A stretch of 32,000 nucleotides of DNA from Methanothermobacter marburgensis str. Marburg (GTDB lineage Archaea; Methanobacteriota; Methanobacteria; Methanobacteriales; Methanothermobacteraceae), in contig NC_014408.1 in assembly GCF_000145295.1 (NCBI RefSeq), positions 930,001 to 962,000 of the forward strand, written 5' to 3'. Both the position numbers and the translations under genes were made by a program. Under the pieces are notes generated by a model. That model had not been told where the DNA came from, did not search any database, and saw only the letters and a list, made by a program, of their open reading frames with translations. How positions within the stretch are numbered: the stretch's first letter is position 1; the number at the start of each line of letters is the position of its first letter. Shown here in pieces: positions 9,399 through 16,586 of this stretch.

Positions 9399-10337
9399 GT
9401 GATTCCCATGAAATTTCATGTAACAGATAGGATCCCATCAGCAACCCCTGAGATGCGCCCCGCTGATGTCCTGAGCCATATAAGGGAAAATAGTGGGGAA
9501 TATGACAGCATAGACTACGTCTACGTGCTTGAGGATGGTAAACTCAGAGGTGTTGTCTCCATGAGAGAACTGCTATCCAGTGATGGGAGGCTGGGGGACT
9601 TCATGCAGAGGAATATAATATCCTTAAACCCTGAAGATGACCCCTCCGATATACCCTACCTTGCACTTTCACATGGAATTAAGGCCATCCCTGTGGTTGA
9701 CCATGAAGGGAGATTCATGGGAGTGGTGACCCATGATGAGATCATAAGGATACTGAAGGTGGAGGCCGACCGGGACATCCTCCACTTCGGGGGAGTATTC
9801 CACAGGGTCATCGACCGGGACCCCGGGGCGATGAACATGGTCAGGTCAAGGGTCCCATGGCTCATTGTGGGGGTCATAGGGGGTACCATCACAGCAGCCC
9901 TCATAGGAAGCTTTGAGGATCTCCTATCAGAGTTCATAGCACTGGCATCATTCATACCCATAATGGTGTACATGAGTGATGCTGTTGGAACCCAGTCAGA
10001 GGCCCTCATAATACGTAAAATCGCCGTGGACCCGGCGATGAGTCCCCTCCTCTATATAAAAAGGGAGGTTATGGTGGCTGCAGGGATAGGAACCCTTTCG
10101 TCTGCATTTGCAGGTTTAATGGCGGGTTTATCAAGGATGAACCCATCACTGGGTTTAATCGTCTTCATATCCATGTTCTTCAGCGTCCTTGCAGCTGTCT
10201 TCATATCCACCGCATCCCCAATCATATTCAGGAGGCTCGGGTTTGACCCGGCGGTTGCAACCGGCCCCCTTGCAACCATACTCAGTGACTTCACAACAAC
10301 ACTGATATACCTGACCGTTGCATCATCACTACTATAG
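9399..10337 (+). CDS. mgtE: MgtE-family divalent cation transporter (CBS pair + MgtE membrane domain)
   Basis: 312 aa. CBS-like region, then RVPWLIVGVIGG..., SFIPIMVYMSDAVGTQSEALIIR and GPLATILSDFTTTLIYL, typical MgtE TM-domain motifs. GTG at 9399 follows the kinase stop directly. ATG at 9408 is an alternative start. Confidence 0.75.
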   Translation: MIPMKFHVTDRIPSATPEMRPADVLSHIRENSGEYDSIDYVYVLEDGKLRGVVSMRELLSSDGRLGDFMQRNIISLNPEDDPSDIPYLALSHGIKAIPVVDHEGRFMGVVTHDEIIRILKVEADRDILHFGGVFHRVIDRDPGAMNMVRSRVPWLIVGVIGGTITAALIGSFEDLLSEFIALASFIPIMVYMSDAVGTQSEALIIRKIAVDPAMSPLLYIKREVMVAAGIGTLSSAFAGLMAGLSRMNPSLGLIVFISMFFSVLAAVFISTASPIIFRRLGFDPAVATGPLATILSDFTTTLIYLTVASSLL

Positions 10338-10360
10338 AGCGATTTAGATGGAGGCCTTTC

Positions 10361-10747
10361 ATGGAACTGGAGGAGAAAATCAGGGAACTTGAGAGTGAGA
10401 TAAAGGAGAAGGATGGAAGAATCAGGGAACTGGAACTGAAGCTCGCCGAGTGCCTGGGACGCGTTGATGAGCTGAGGTCAGAGAAATCAGAGCTGCAGGA
10501 GGAGGTTAACAGGCTCCATGTGATGAAGCTTGACCTGAAGCTCAGGAACCTTCAGGAACTTGAGGATGAGAACAACCGCCTGAAGCACAGGATAGAGATA
10601 ACCAAGGGGCTCCTTGATGATGCCAGGGAAAGACTCGAGGTCCTTGAGGGTGTTGTGGATGAGTTTCTAAAGCAGGGGTTAACCGGGAGGTTAAGGGGGA
10701 GGGAACCTGAAGGTCTCATCTACTACAGGAAGAGGTTCGGAGACTGA
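10361..10747 (+). CDS. coiled-coil protein, function unknown
   Basis: 128 aa of heptad-like E/K/L/R sequence (ELEEKIRELESEIKEKDGRIRELELKL...). SD-like GGAGG lies 9 nt upstream. Confidence 0.5.
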   Translation: MELEEKIRELESEIKEKDGRIRELELKLAECLGRVDELRSEKSELQEEVNRLHVMKLDLKLRNLQELEDENNRLKHRIEITKGLLDDARERLEVLEGVVDEFLKQGLTGRLRGREPEGLIYYRKRFGD

Positions 10748-10879
10748 AACCCGGGCCATCATAATTGAAAAACCATCCACCCATTAGCCGAGATCTCCTT
10801 ACTTTTTTCACAGTTATAAGGAAAAAATGTATATCCACCATGTAACATAATAATACATCAGACGTCAGGAGTGATTTAT

Positions 10880-11740
10880 ATGGAACCATATGGTGGGGGA
10901 GATGGCCGTGTAAGGTGGGTGACACCTGAATGGCTCATGGAGAACCTGGAAAAGGTTGCCATAATCGACTGCCAGCCCAACATCCACGACTACATACTCG
11001 AACACATACCCGGGGCGGTATACCTCAACGAGGGCCTCTTCAGGGAGCCCAGGGGTATTGCACCTGCAATGTACATCCCATGGGATGCCGCAGAATCCAT
11101 ATTCCGGCAGGCTGGAGTTGAGAACAAACCGACAGTTGTATACACCGGCACCGGCGGATTTAAGGGCTGGGGTGATGGACTTGAGCAGACCATGGTGGCA
11201 TACAGTCTTGCAAGGTTCGGACATGAAGAGGTCCTTGTACTGAACGGGGGACTTGCAGAGTGGAAGAACGCCGGGGGAGAGGTTACAAAGGTCTTCCCTG
11301 AGGTCAGAGAATCAGAATTTTCTGTTAAAGTGCAGGGAGACTTCTACATAGAGTACCCTGACTTCAGGAGGATAAAGGATGATGATGACGTCCTGGTACT
11401 TGATGCAAGACCCCCTGAAGTCTATGAGGGTCAGGGACCCTGGATAAAACCCGGGCACATCCCTGGAGCTGTTAATCTCCCATGGGCCAGCCTCATGGAT
11501 GATGAAAATAAGACCCTCCTTAAACCAGAGGACGAGATAAGGGAACTCCTGGACTCTGTGGGTGCAACTCCCGATAAGAAAATCATATGCAGCTGTGGAA
11601 CCGGAAGGGAGGCAACCAACGAGTTCCTGCTCTTCAGATGGTACCTTGGATATCCCGATGTGAAAATATATGAGGGATCATTCACAGAGTGGACCCAGAT
11701 AGAGGACAACCCAACGGTAACGGGTCCAAACCCATACTGA
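10880..11740 (+). CDS. sulfurtransferase with tandem rhodanese domains
   Basis: Two rhodanese-like halves. The second carries the active-site loop [10 protein letters not shown], and GHIPGAVN-type segments occur in both halves. AGGAGTGAT SD lies before the ATG at 10880; the ORF is open from a GTG at 10871. Confidence 0.75.
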   Translation: MEPYGGGDGRVRWVTPEWLMENLEKVAIIDCQPNIHDYILEHIPGAVYLNEGLFREPRGIAPAMYIPWDAAESIFRQAGVENKPTVVYTGTGGFKGWGDGLEQTMVAYSLARFGHEEVLVLNGGLAEWKNAGGEVTKVFPEVRESEFSVKVQGDFYIEYPDFRRIKDDDDVLVLDARPPEVYEGQGPWIKPGHIPGAVNLPWASLMDDENKTLLKPEDEIRELLDSVGATPDKKIICSCGTGREATNEFLLFRWYLGYPDVKIYEGSFTEWTQIEDNPTVTGPNPY

Positions 11741-11752
11741 ACCCCCAAATTC

Positions 11753-11760
11753 TTTTTTTT
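11753..11760 (+). terminator. T8 tract after the sulfurtransferase gene
   Basis: TCTTTTTTTT lies 13 nt after the stop and overlaps the stop of the convergent CPBP gene. Confidence 0.45.
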
Positions 11761-12556
11761 AACTGAAATCTGTTTTAAGCTCGGATCCTGCAAAGAGGAG
11801 CACTCCAAGAGCTGCAGACACATTGAGTATCATGAGGAACACTCCCCCTGCGATCGTTGACTGGACAGGGAAGAGGAAATAGGAGAGGTTACCTGTTGTA
11901 TGGATTATCATGGCGGCCAGTATGCTCCCGGTTGAATTGTAAACCCATGTGTATATCACCGAGGCAGATATTATGAGGATCATGAAGCTCCAGAAGGGCA
12001 CCTGTGACTGGATACTGCCCTGTATGAAGAACAGCGGTATGTGCCAGAGGCCCCAGATTATCCCCACCATTATGGCAGCGTAGATGGGGGCATACCTCTC
12101 CTGAAGCCGTGGAAGGGCATAGCCCCTCCAGCCGAATTCCTCCTGCAGTGGACCTCCAAGGAAGAAGATGTAGAGGAATACAATAGGAACCAGCAGTGGA
12201 TTTGAGTTCCAGTAGAGGAAGGGCTGTGGATCGCCCCAGAGGACTCCCAGATAGAGTGCAAGAGCTGTAATGACCGGGAAAAGCAGTAAAATTATGGCCC
12301 ACCATATCCTGGGGAAATCACGTTTAATCCCCCTTCTCAGGAATGCAACAAGCTCATCCCTCCCCCCGTACCTGTAGGTCAGTATAATAGCAGCAAGAGT
12401 TGGCCCGAATGCCGCAGGGTTGTAGGGGCTCCTGAGAAAGGACTGGATGGGTTCAGGGAATGTGAAACCTGCAGAGATCATTGCAACAGGTATCCATAAT
12501 ATCCACGAAAACAGGAACGTCAATATAAAAAATTCCGATAGGCGTTCACTCCTCAC
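11759..12556 (-). CDS. CPBP-family (CAAX/Abi) intramembrane glutamic protease
   Basis: Multi-TM protein with all three CPBP motifs: LQEEFGWRG, WGLWH and IIHTTGN. I prefer the GTG at 12556 (AGGAGGAG SD 7 nt upstream) to the ATG at 12586. Confidence 0.8.
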   Translation of the reverse strand: MRSERLSEFFILTFLFSWILWIPVAMISAGFTFPEPIQSFLRSPYNPAAFGPTLAAIILTYRYGGRDELVAFLRRGIKRDFPRIWWAIILLLFPVITALALYLGVLWGDPQPFLYWNSNPLLVPIVFLYIFFLGGPLQEEFGWRGYALPRLQERYAPIYAAIMVGIIWGLWHIPLFFIQGSIQSQVPFWSFMILIISASVIYTWVYNSTGSILAAMIIHTTGNLSYFLFPVQSTIAGGVFLMILNVSAALGVLLFAGSELKTDFS

Positions 12557-12764
12557 AAGAATCTCCTCCTGAAGACACGAAATCATCCATGAAAATAACA
12601 GGGTATCTTAAATCACCTTCCATCAAGACACACATTATAGGTTCCACTGATACCGCATTTATAGTTTTTCCAGTTAAAATAAACCTTAACCTGAAAACCG
12701 GTACAATAACCCTCCCATCCACATTCATGGCCTCAGCCGTGTATGTGCAATCAACAATCCTCAT
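12546..12764 (-). CDS. candidate small protein (72 aa) inside the GerW/YtfI/CPBP operon
   Basis: The ORF fills the gap between two same-strand genes. GGTGGG lies 4 nt before the ATG at 12764. Its stop overlaps the CPBP start (GTGAGGAGTGA). A 64-codon ORF is also open on the opposite strand, so the coding call is tentative. Confidence 0.4.
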   Translation of the reverse strand: MRIVDCTYTAEAMNVDGRVIVPVFRLRFILTGKTINAVSVEPIMCVLMEGDLRYPVIFMDDFVSSGGDSCEE

Positions 12765-12777
12765 AAATCCCACCGGT

Positions 12778-13347
12778 TCATGAAAATTCCCTTAGTCCCA
12801 GAACAAATTCCCTGAAGGGTCTCTTTAAAAGAAGCATGATAAACACCAGAACAGGTTTCAGGGGTCTTAAACTCAGTTCAAGTTCAAAGTTTCCATTCAC
12901 ATCCCCACTGAAGAAATCAGGGGCCGCATTTATTTCAATATTCCTTAAAGATGACGTTAATGCTGAAATGGCCCATAAGTATCCTGTTATGATTGCGGTA
13001 TCTGAAGCCTCCCCAAGGCCCACTGAAACACTTATCCTAGCCCTCCTTATGGTGATGGATGACAGCAGGGCACCGATGAGATCCATTATACACCATCTGG
13101 CCTTTAACCCCAACAGTAAAACCTCTCTCAATGGCCTGGGCTTCGCTTCAACCATGGTTCCCTCCTTTATTTCGCTTTTAAACCTTTTACTTAAAAATTT
13201 CATCCCCCAGAGCATTAAACTTATCCTTAACTCAGTTCTTCCGGCATCCCTTACTCCGCTTAAAATAAGCCTGTAGGGCAATGCAAGGAGAACCAGGAGA
13301 AGTACCGCCAGAAAAATTAATGGCAGAACCAGAAGGAGCCCATTCAT
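12778..13347 (-). CDS. membrane-anchored protein, probable DUF2953/YtfI-like
   Basis: 189 aa. N-terminal TM helix (LLLVLPLIFLAVLLLVLLAL), then a soluble body. It starts 7 nt after the GerW-like gene, the same pairing as B. subtilis ytfI-ytfJ. The family assignment rests on architecture and context, not a motif. Confidence 0.55.
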   Translation of the reverse strand: MNGLLLVLPLIFLAVLLLVLLALPYRLILSGVRDAGRTELRISLMLWGMKFLSKRFKSEIKEGTMVEAKPRPLREVLLLGLKARWCIMDLIGALLSSITIRRARISVSVGLGEASDTAIITGYLWAISALTSSLRNIEINAAPDFFSGDVNGNFELELSLRPLKPVLVFIMLLLKRPFREFVLGLREFS

Positions 13348-13354
13348 TGTCTAT

Positions 13355-13743
13355 TCAGTCTCCACTCTCACCTTCAGGTTCACCCTTATCTGCAATCTCC
13401 TTTATTATGTCCGTGACAGTGGACCCAAGCTCCTGTATTATCCTCCCCGTGCTCCCGGCGCGGAGGTCAATGACCCTCACACCATCGGGCCTTTAACTCC
13501 CCTGAGAAGGACTATCACCGCAACGGGCTCGGCTCCTGCAGCCGCACCTGCCCCGCTTCCAGAGCCTCCCTCAGACTCTGAGGAGGTCCCCTCACCCATA
13601 CCAACCCCAAAGCCAACCCCCATCTTCATGAGGGGTATCAGCACCTTATCCTCCGTCTCGATGGCCTCACCCACAAGGTTCTTAACGTCCAGGAGACTGC
13701 GGAGCTCCTCAACGGTTGTTTTAATTGGTTCCTCAATTTTCAT
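13355..13743 (-). pseudogene. GerW/YtfJ-family protein, interrupted by an apparent 1-nt deletion
   Basis: Frame A (13743-13477) gives ...VGEAIETEDKVLIPLMKMGVGFGVGMGEG..Gly/Ser/Ala linker..PVAVIVLLRGVKGP then a stop. Frame B (13486-13355) continues DGVRVIDLRAGSTGRIIQEL...GESGD*. Together they match the full YtfJ family layout. The break sits in the run at 13487-13489. Confidence 0.7.
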
Positions 13744-13850
13744 TTTAAATCACATTAAACTATATGTATGTTCAACCATATCACAGTTTGCATCAAAACA
13801 CTTATATGGTTGGATCCATACTTATTCAATCTGGAGGCGGTAAAGTGGAT

Positions 13851-14327
13851 ATGAAAACAGTGATTTTAATTGCGGTGATTCTCATTGCTGGAGTATCAGC
13901 AGGAGTCTACATTCTCACCGCAACAGATGGTAACGATAAAACGGAAGTGAAAAATTTAAACGGGAAAAATCAGACCACAGGCACGGCCAGGATTGTAGCA
14001 ACCCAGAGGGGTCCTGAAACTGCAAGGCCCGGCTCAAATATTACAGTGACGTGTAAGATAAAAAATGAGGGTAAAGGACCGGCTAAAAACGTTAAGGTAT
14101 TGTCTCAGGACTTTGAAAGGTCCTTTGATGTCATAGAAGCGGGTGAAGAGGTGGAGTTTCAGGTCCAGATATACATACCGACCGAGGAGGAGGTTAAGGA
14201 GGACTTCGGGGAAAACGCCACACTATCGAACCCATTCTTCATAGGTGGTTTCAGCGTCACCTACACTGATTTAAGTGGAAAACACAGTTTAAATTCCAAT
14301 TCTCTGGAGATACCCCTCCAGATCTAA
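13851..14327 (+). CDS. signal-anchored protein with a CARDB-like beta domain
   Basis: GGAGG SD before the ATG at 13851. MKTVILIAVILIAGVSAGVYIL is the anchor. PGSNITVTCKIKNEGKGPAKNVKV...AGEEVEFQVQI resembles CARDB/adhesion-type domains. The upstream extension to 13764 was rejected. Confidence 0.55.
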   Translation: MKTVILIAVILIAGVSAGVYILTATDGNDKTEVKNLNGKNQTTGTARIVATQRGPETARPGSNITVTCKIKNEGKGPAKNVKVLSQDFERSFDVIEAGEEVEFQVQIYIPTEEEVKEDFGENATLSNPFFIGGFSVTYTDLSGKHSLNSNSLEIPLQI

Positions 14328-14381
14328 TTTATTTTACGAAAGAAAATAACTTGTATCATCTAAAAAATTAAAAGGAAAGAA

Positions 14382-14843
14382 TCAATCAGGTCTTCTGACG
14401 GGGAGTTGAACCTCCGTGAGAAGTTCAGATTCATCCACCTCCAGTGGACTGTTGAGGTAGACCTCGGTTATGGGACCTGCAATTTCATAGCCATTTTCAG
14501 TGGCATGATCGATGAGAGCATGGATGGCAGGGCCAACCTCACTGTATGGTCCCTCATGAAGCGTTGCAAGGACCCTGTGAGCAGGTAAATCCTTTATCTT
14601 AATTTTTTCAGAGGGCTCCGCCTCACCTGCAATGGAGACACCTATCTCATAGACGAGGTCCTCCTCACTGACATCCTCTGGACTGTTGTAGTAGGTCCCG
14701 TATACACGTCCCGTCATCTGCAGCCCGTTCCCCATGACCCACTCTGCAACTTCAGCAATGTACCGGGGTATACGGCCATAGCTACCCCTGCAGTCCATAT
14801 AGGCAACACGAACCCCCTCAACCATCTTCTCAGTTATCTCCAT
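14382..14843 (-). CDS. GyrI-like small-molecule-binding protein (stand-alone effector-binding domain)
   Basis: 153 aa. VRVAYMDCRGSYGRIP....W......GRVYGTYYNSPEDV.EEDLVYEIGV and the duplicated half (HRVLATLHEGPYSEVG...EVYLNSP) fit the GyrI-like/SbmC fold. GGGGGAGGT SD. Confidence 0.65.
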   Translation of the reverse strand: MEITEKMVEGVRVAYMDCRGSYGRIPRYIAEVAEWVMGNGLQMTGRVYGTYYNSPEDVSEEDLVYEIGVSIAGEAEPSEKIKIKDLPAHRVLATLHEGPYSEVGPAIHALIDHATENGYEIAGPITEVYLNSPLEVDESELLTEVQLPVRRPD

Positions 14844-14916
14844 GAAAGACCTCCCCCTAAAGTTATATTATGTCTATATATCAATGATAAAGGTTTATCT
14901 AATTTGTTACTCCCCT

Positions 14917-15336
14917 TCAGATCCTGATAAGCACCACACCCCCAACCACCATGAGCAACCCGATGGCCTTTGCCACCGTTACCCTCTCACCCAGAAGAAA
15001 TGCCGCAACTATCAGTGTGAACACCGGGAAGGCCGCAACCACAGGTACAACTATTGAAGCCTCCCCTGATTTTAGCGCATAATAATAGAATAGCTGCCCC
15101 AGAAGGGCTGCTGATATACCATCCAGTGCCAGGAAGAACCATCCCCTCGGATCCACATCTGAGAGAGCATCCAGTCCACCGCTTAACATGACCCATACGA
15201 GCATGACCATGGTTATGACAGAAGTTCTTATTGTAAGGGCGATCCCAGGGTTAACGCCTTCAAGTCCTATTTTGCTGAAAACTGGGGCCAGACCAAACAT
15301 CAACGCTGCAAGGAGCGCGAAAACAAGGTAGTTCAA
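14917..15336 (-). CDS. small EamA-domain (DMT superfamily) membrane transporter
   Basis: 139 aa, four hydrophobic helices, single EamA-like domain. TTG start at 15336 with GAGGTGAT SD 3 nt upstream. The first 11 codons lie inside the tandem repeat. Confidence 0.6.
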   Translation of the reverse strand: MNYLVFALLAALMFGLAPVFSKIGLEGVNPGIALTIRTSVITMVMLVWVMLSGGLDALSDVDPRGWFFLALDGISAALLGQLFYYYALKSGEASIVVPVVAAFPVFTLIVAAFLLGERVTVAKAIGLLMVVGGVVLIRI

Positions 15337-15473
15337 GACATCACCTCAAATGATATATGGGATTAACGCTGCAAGGAGCGCGAAAACAAGGTAGTTCAAG
15401 ACATCACCTCAAATGATATATGGGATTAACGCTGCAAGGAGCGCGAAAACAAGGTAGTTCAAGACATCACCTC
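15302..15473. repeat. 63-bp perfect tandem repeat, 2.7 copies
   Basis: Units at 15302-15364, 15365-15427 and 15428-15473 are identical by direct reading. Each contains the SD, the TTG start and 11 codons of the EamA gene. Confidence 0.95.
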
Positions 15474-15591
15474 TTGGATACGTATCATAACTATGGGATT
15501 TCCGATAAAAAAATCTTCAGGTAGGTAAGAGCATCAATGTTTATCTGCCTTCCAGACAGATAGAGAGATAGCTTAGTGTGTGGTGTTATAG

Positions 15592-16563
15592 ATGATACTC
15601 ATCGTTGGCGGAGCAGGTTATATCGGTTCACATGTCAACAAGTTCCTCTCAGAGAGGGGGTATGAAACCCTCATCCTGGATAACCTCACAAAGGGGCACA
15701 GGGAACATGTAAAATGGGGTGAACTCATTGAGGGTGACCTTGGTGACAGGAGACTTCTTAACAGGATCCTCACAGAATACGATGTTGAGGCAGTTATGCA
15801 CTTCGCGGCTTTCACAGATGTCGGGGAATCAGTGCAGAAACCAGGGGACTACTACAGGAACAACGTGGTGAACACCATGAACCTCCTTGATTCCATGCTG
15901 AAGAATGGGGTCGGGAGGTTCGTATTCTCCTCAACATGTGCCGTCTACGGCAACCCATCAGAAATTCCAATAACCGAGGAACACCCACTCAACCCCATAA
16001 GCCCGTACGGGAGGTCCAAACTCATGGTTGAGGAGATACTGAGGGACTACAGTGATGCATATGACCTCAGCTATGTGTCACTCCGCTACTTCAACGCAGC
16101 GGGGGCTGACCCTGAAGTAGAGATCGGGGAACTTCACGAGCCAGAAACCCACCTCATACCCATAGTACTGGACGCTGCAATGGGCCTGAGGGACTCTGTG
16201 AGGATCTTCGGTACAGACTACCCCACTCCTGATGGGACATGCATAAGGGACTACATACACGTTATGGACCTTGCAGACGCCCACTGGAGGGCCCTTGAAT
16301 ACCTTGAGGGTGAAAGAAGTGGGGTGTTCAACCTGGGAAACGGGAACGGATTCTCTGTGATGGAGGTCATAGAAACCTGCAGAGAGGTTACAGGGGCCAG
16401 TATAAGGGTCGTGGAGGATCAAAGAAGGCCAGGAGACCCACCTGAACTTGTTGGAAGTTCAGAAAGGGCACGTGAAATCCTCAGGTGGAGCCCTGTTTTC
16501 ACTGAACTGGAGGAGATCATTAAAACCGCATGGAACTGGCATAGAACCGCAAAAAATGATTGA
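15592..16563 (+). CDS. galE: UDP-glucose 4-epimerase
   Basis: 323 aa. ILIVGGAGYIGSH Rossmann motif, SSTCAVYG, catalytic YGRSK, and RYFNAAGA and DYIHVMDLA segments. Confidence 0.85.
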   Translation: MILIVGGAGYIGSHVNKFLSERGYETLILDNLTKGHREHVKWGELIEGDLGDRRLLNRILTEYDVEAVMHFAAFTDVGESVQKPGDYYRNNVVNTMNLLDSMLKNGVGRFVFSSTCAVYGNPSEIPITEEHPLNPISPYGRSKLMVEEILRDYSDAYDLSYVSLRYFNAAGADPEVEIGELHEPETHLIPIVLDAAMGLRDSVRIFGTDYPTPDGTCIRDYIHVMDLADAHWRALEYLEGERSGVFNLGNGNGFSVMEVIETCREVTGASIRVVEDQRRPGDPPELVGSSERAREILRWSPVFTELEEIIKTAWNWHRTAKND

Positions 16564-16586
16564 ACTCTCTTAAAATGGTGATGGAG

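Noticed and set aside
12836-13276. 146-codon plus-strand ORF
   Set aside because: It is antisense to the YtfI-like gene. The minus-strand reading has a TM anchor, tight operon spacing and start signals, and the plus-strand one has none.
13764-13850. N-terminal extension of the CARDB-like ORF
   Set aside because: The extension has no SD and would precede the signal anchor. ATG 13851 has a GGAGG SD.
15302-15473. Possible CRISPR array
   Set aside because: The 63-bp units are fully identical and abut one another. There are no unique spacers and no cas genes nearby, so it is a plain tandem duplication.
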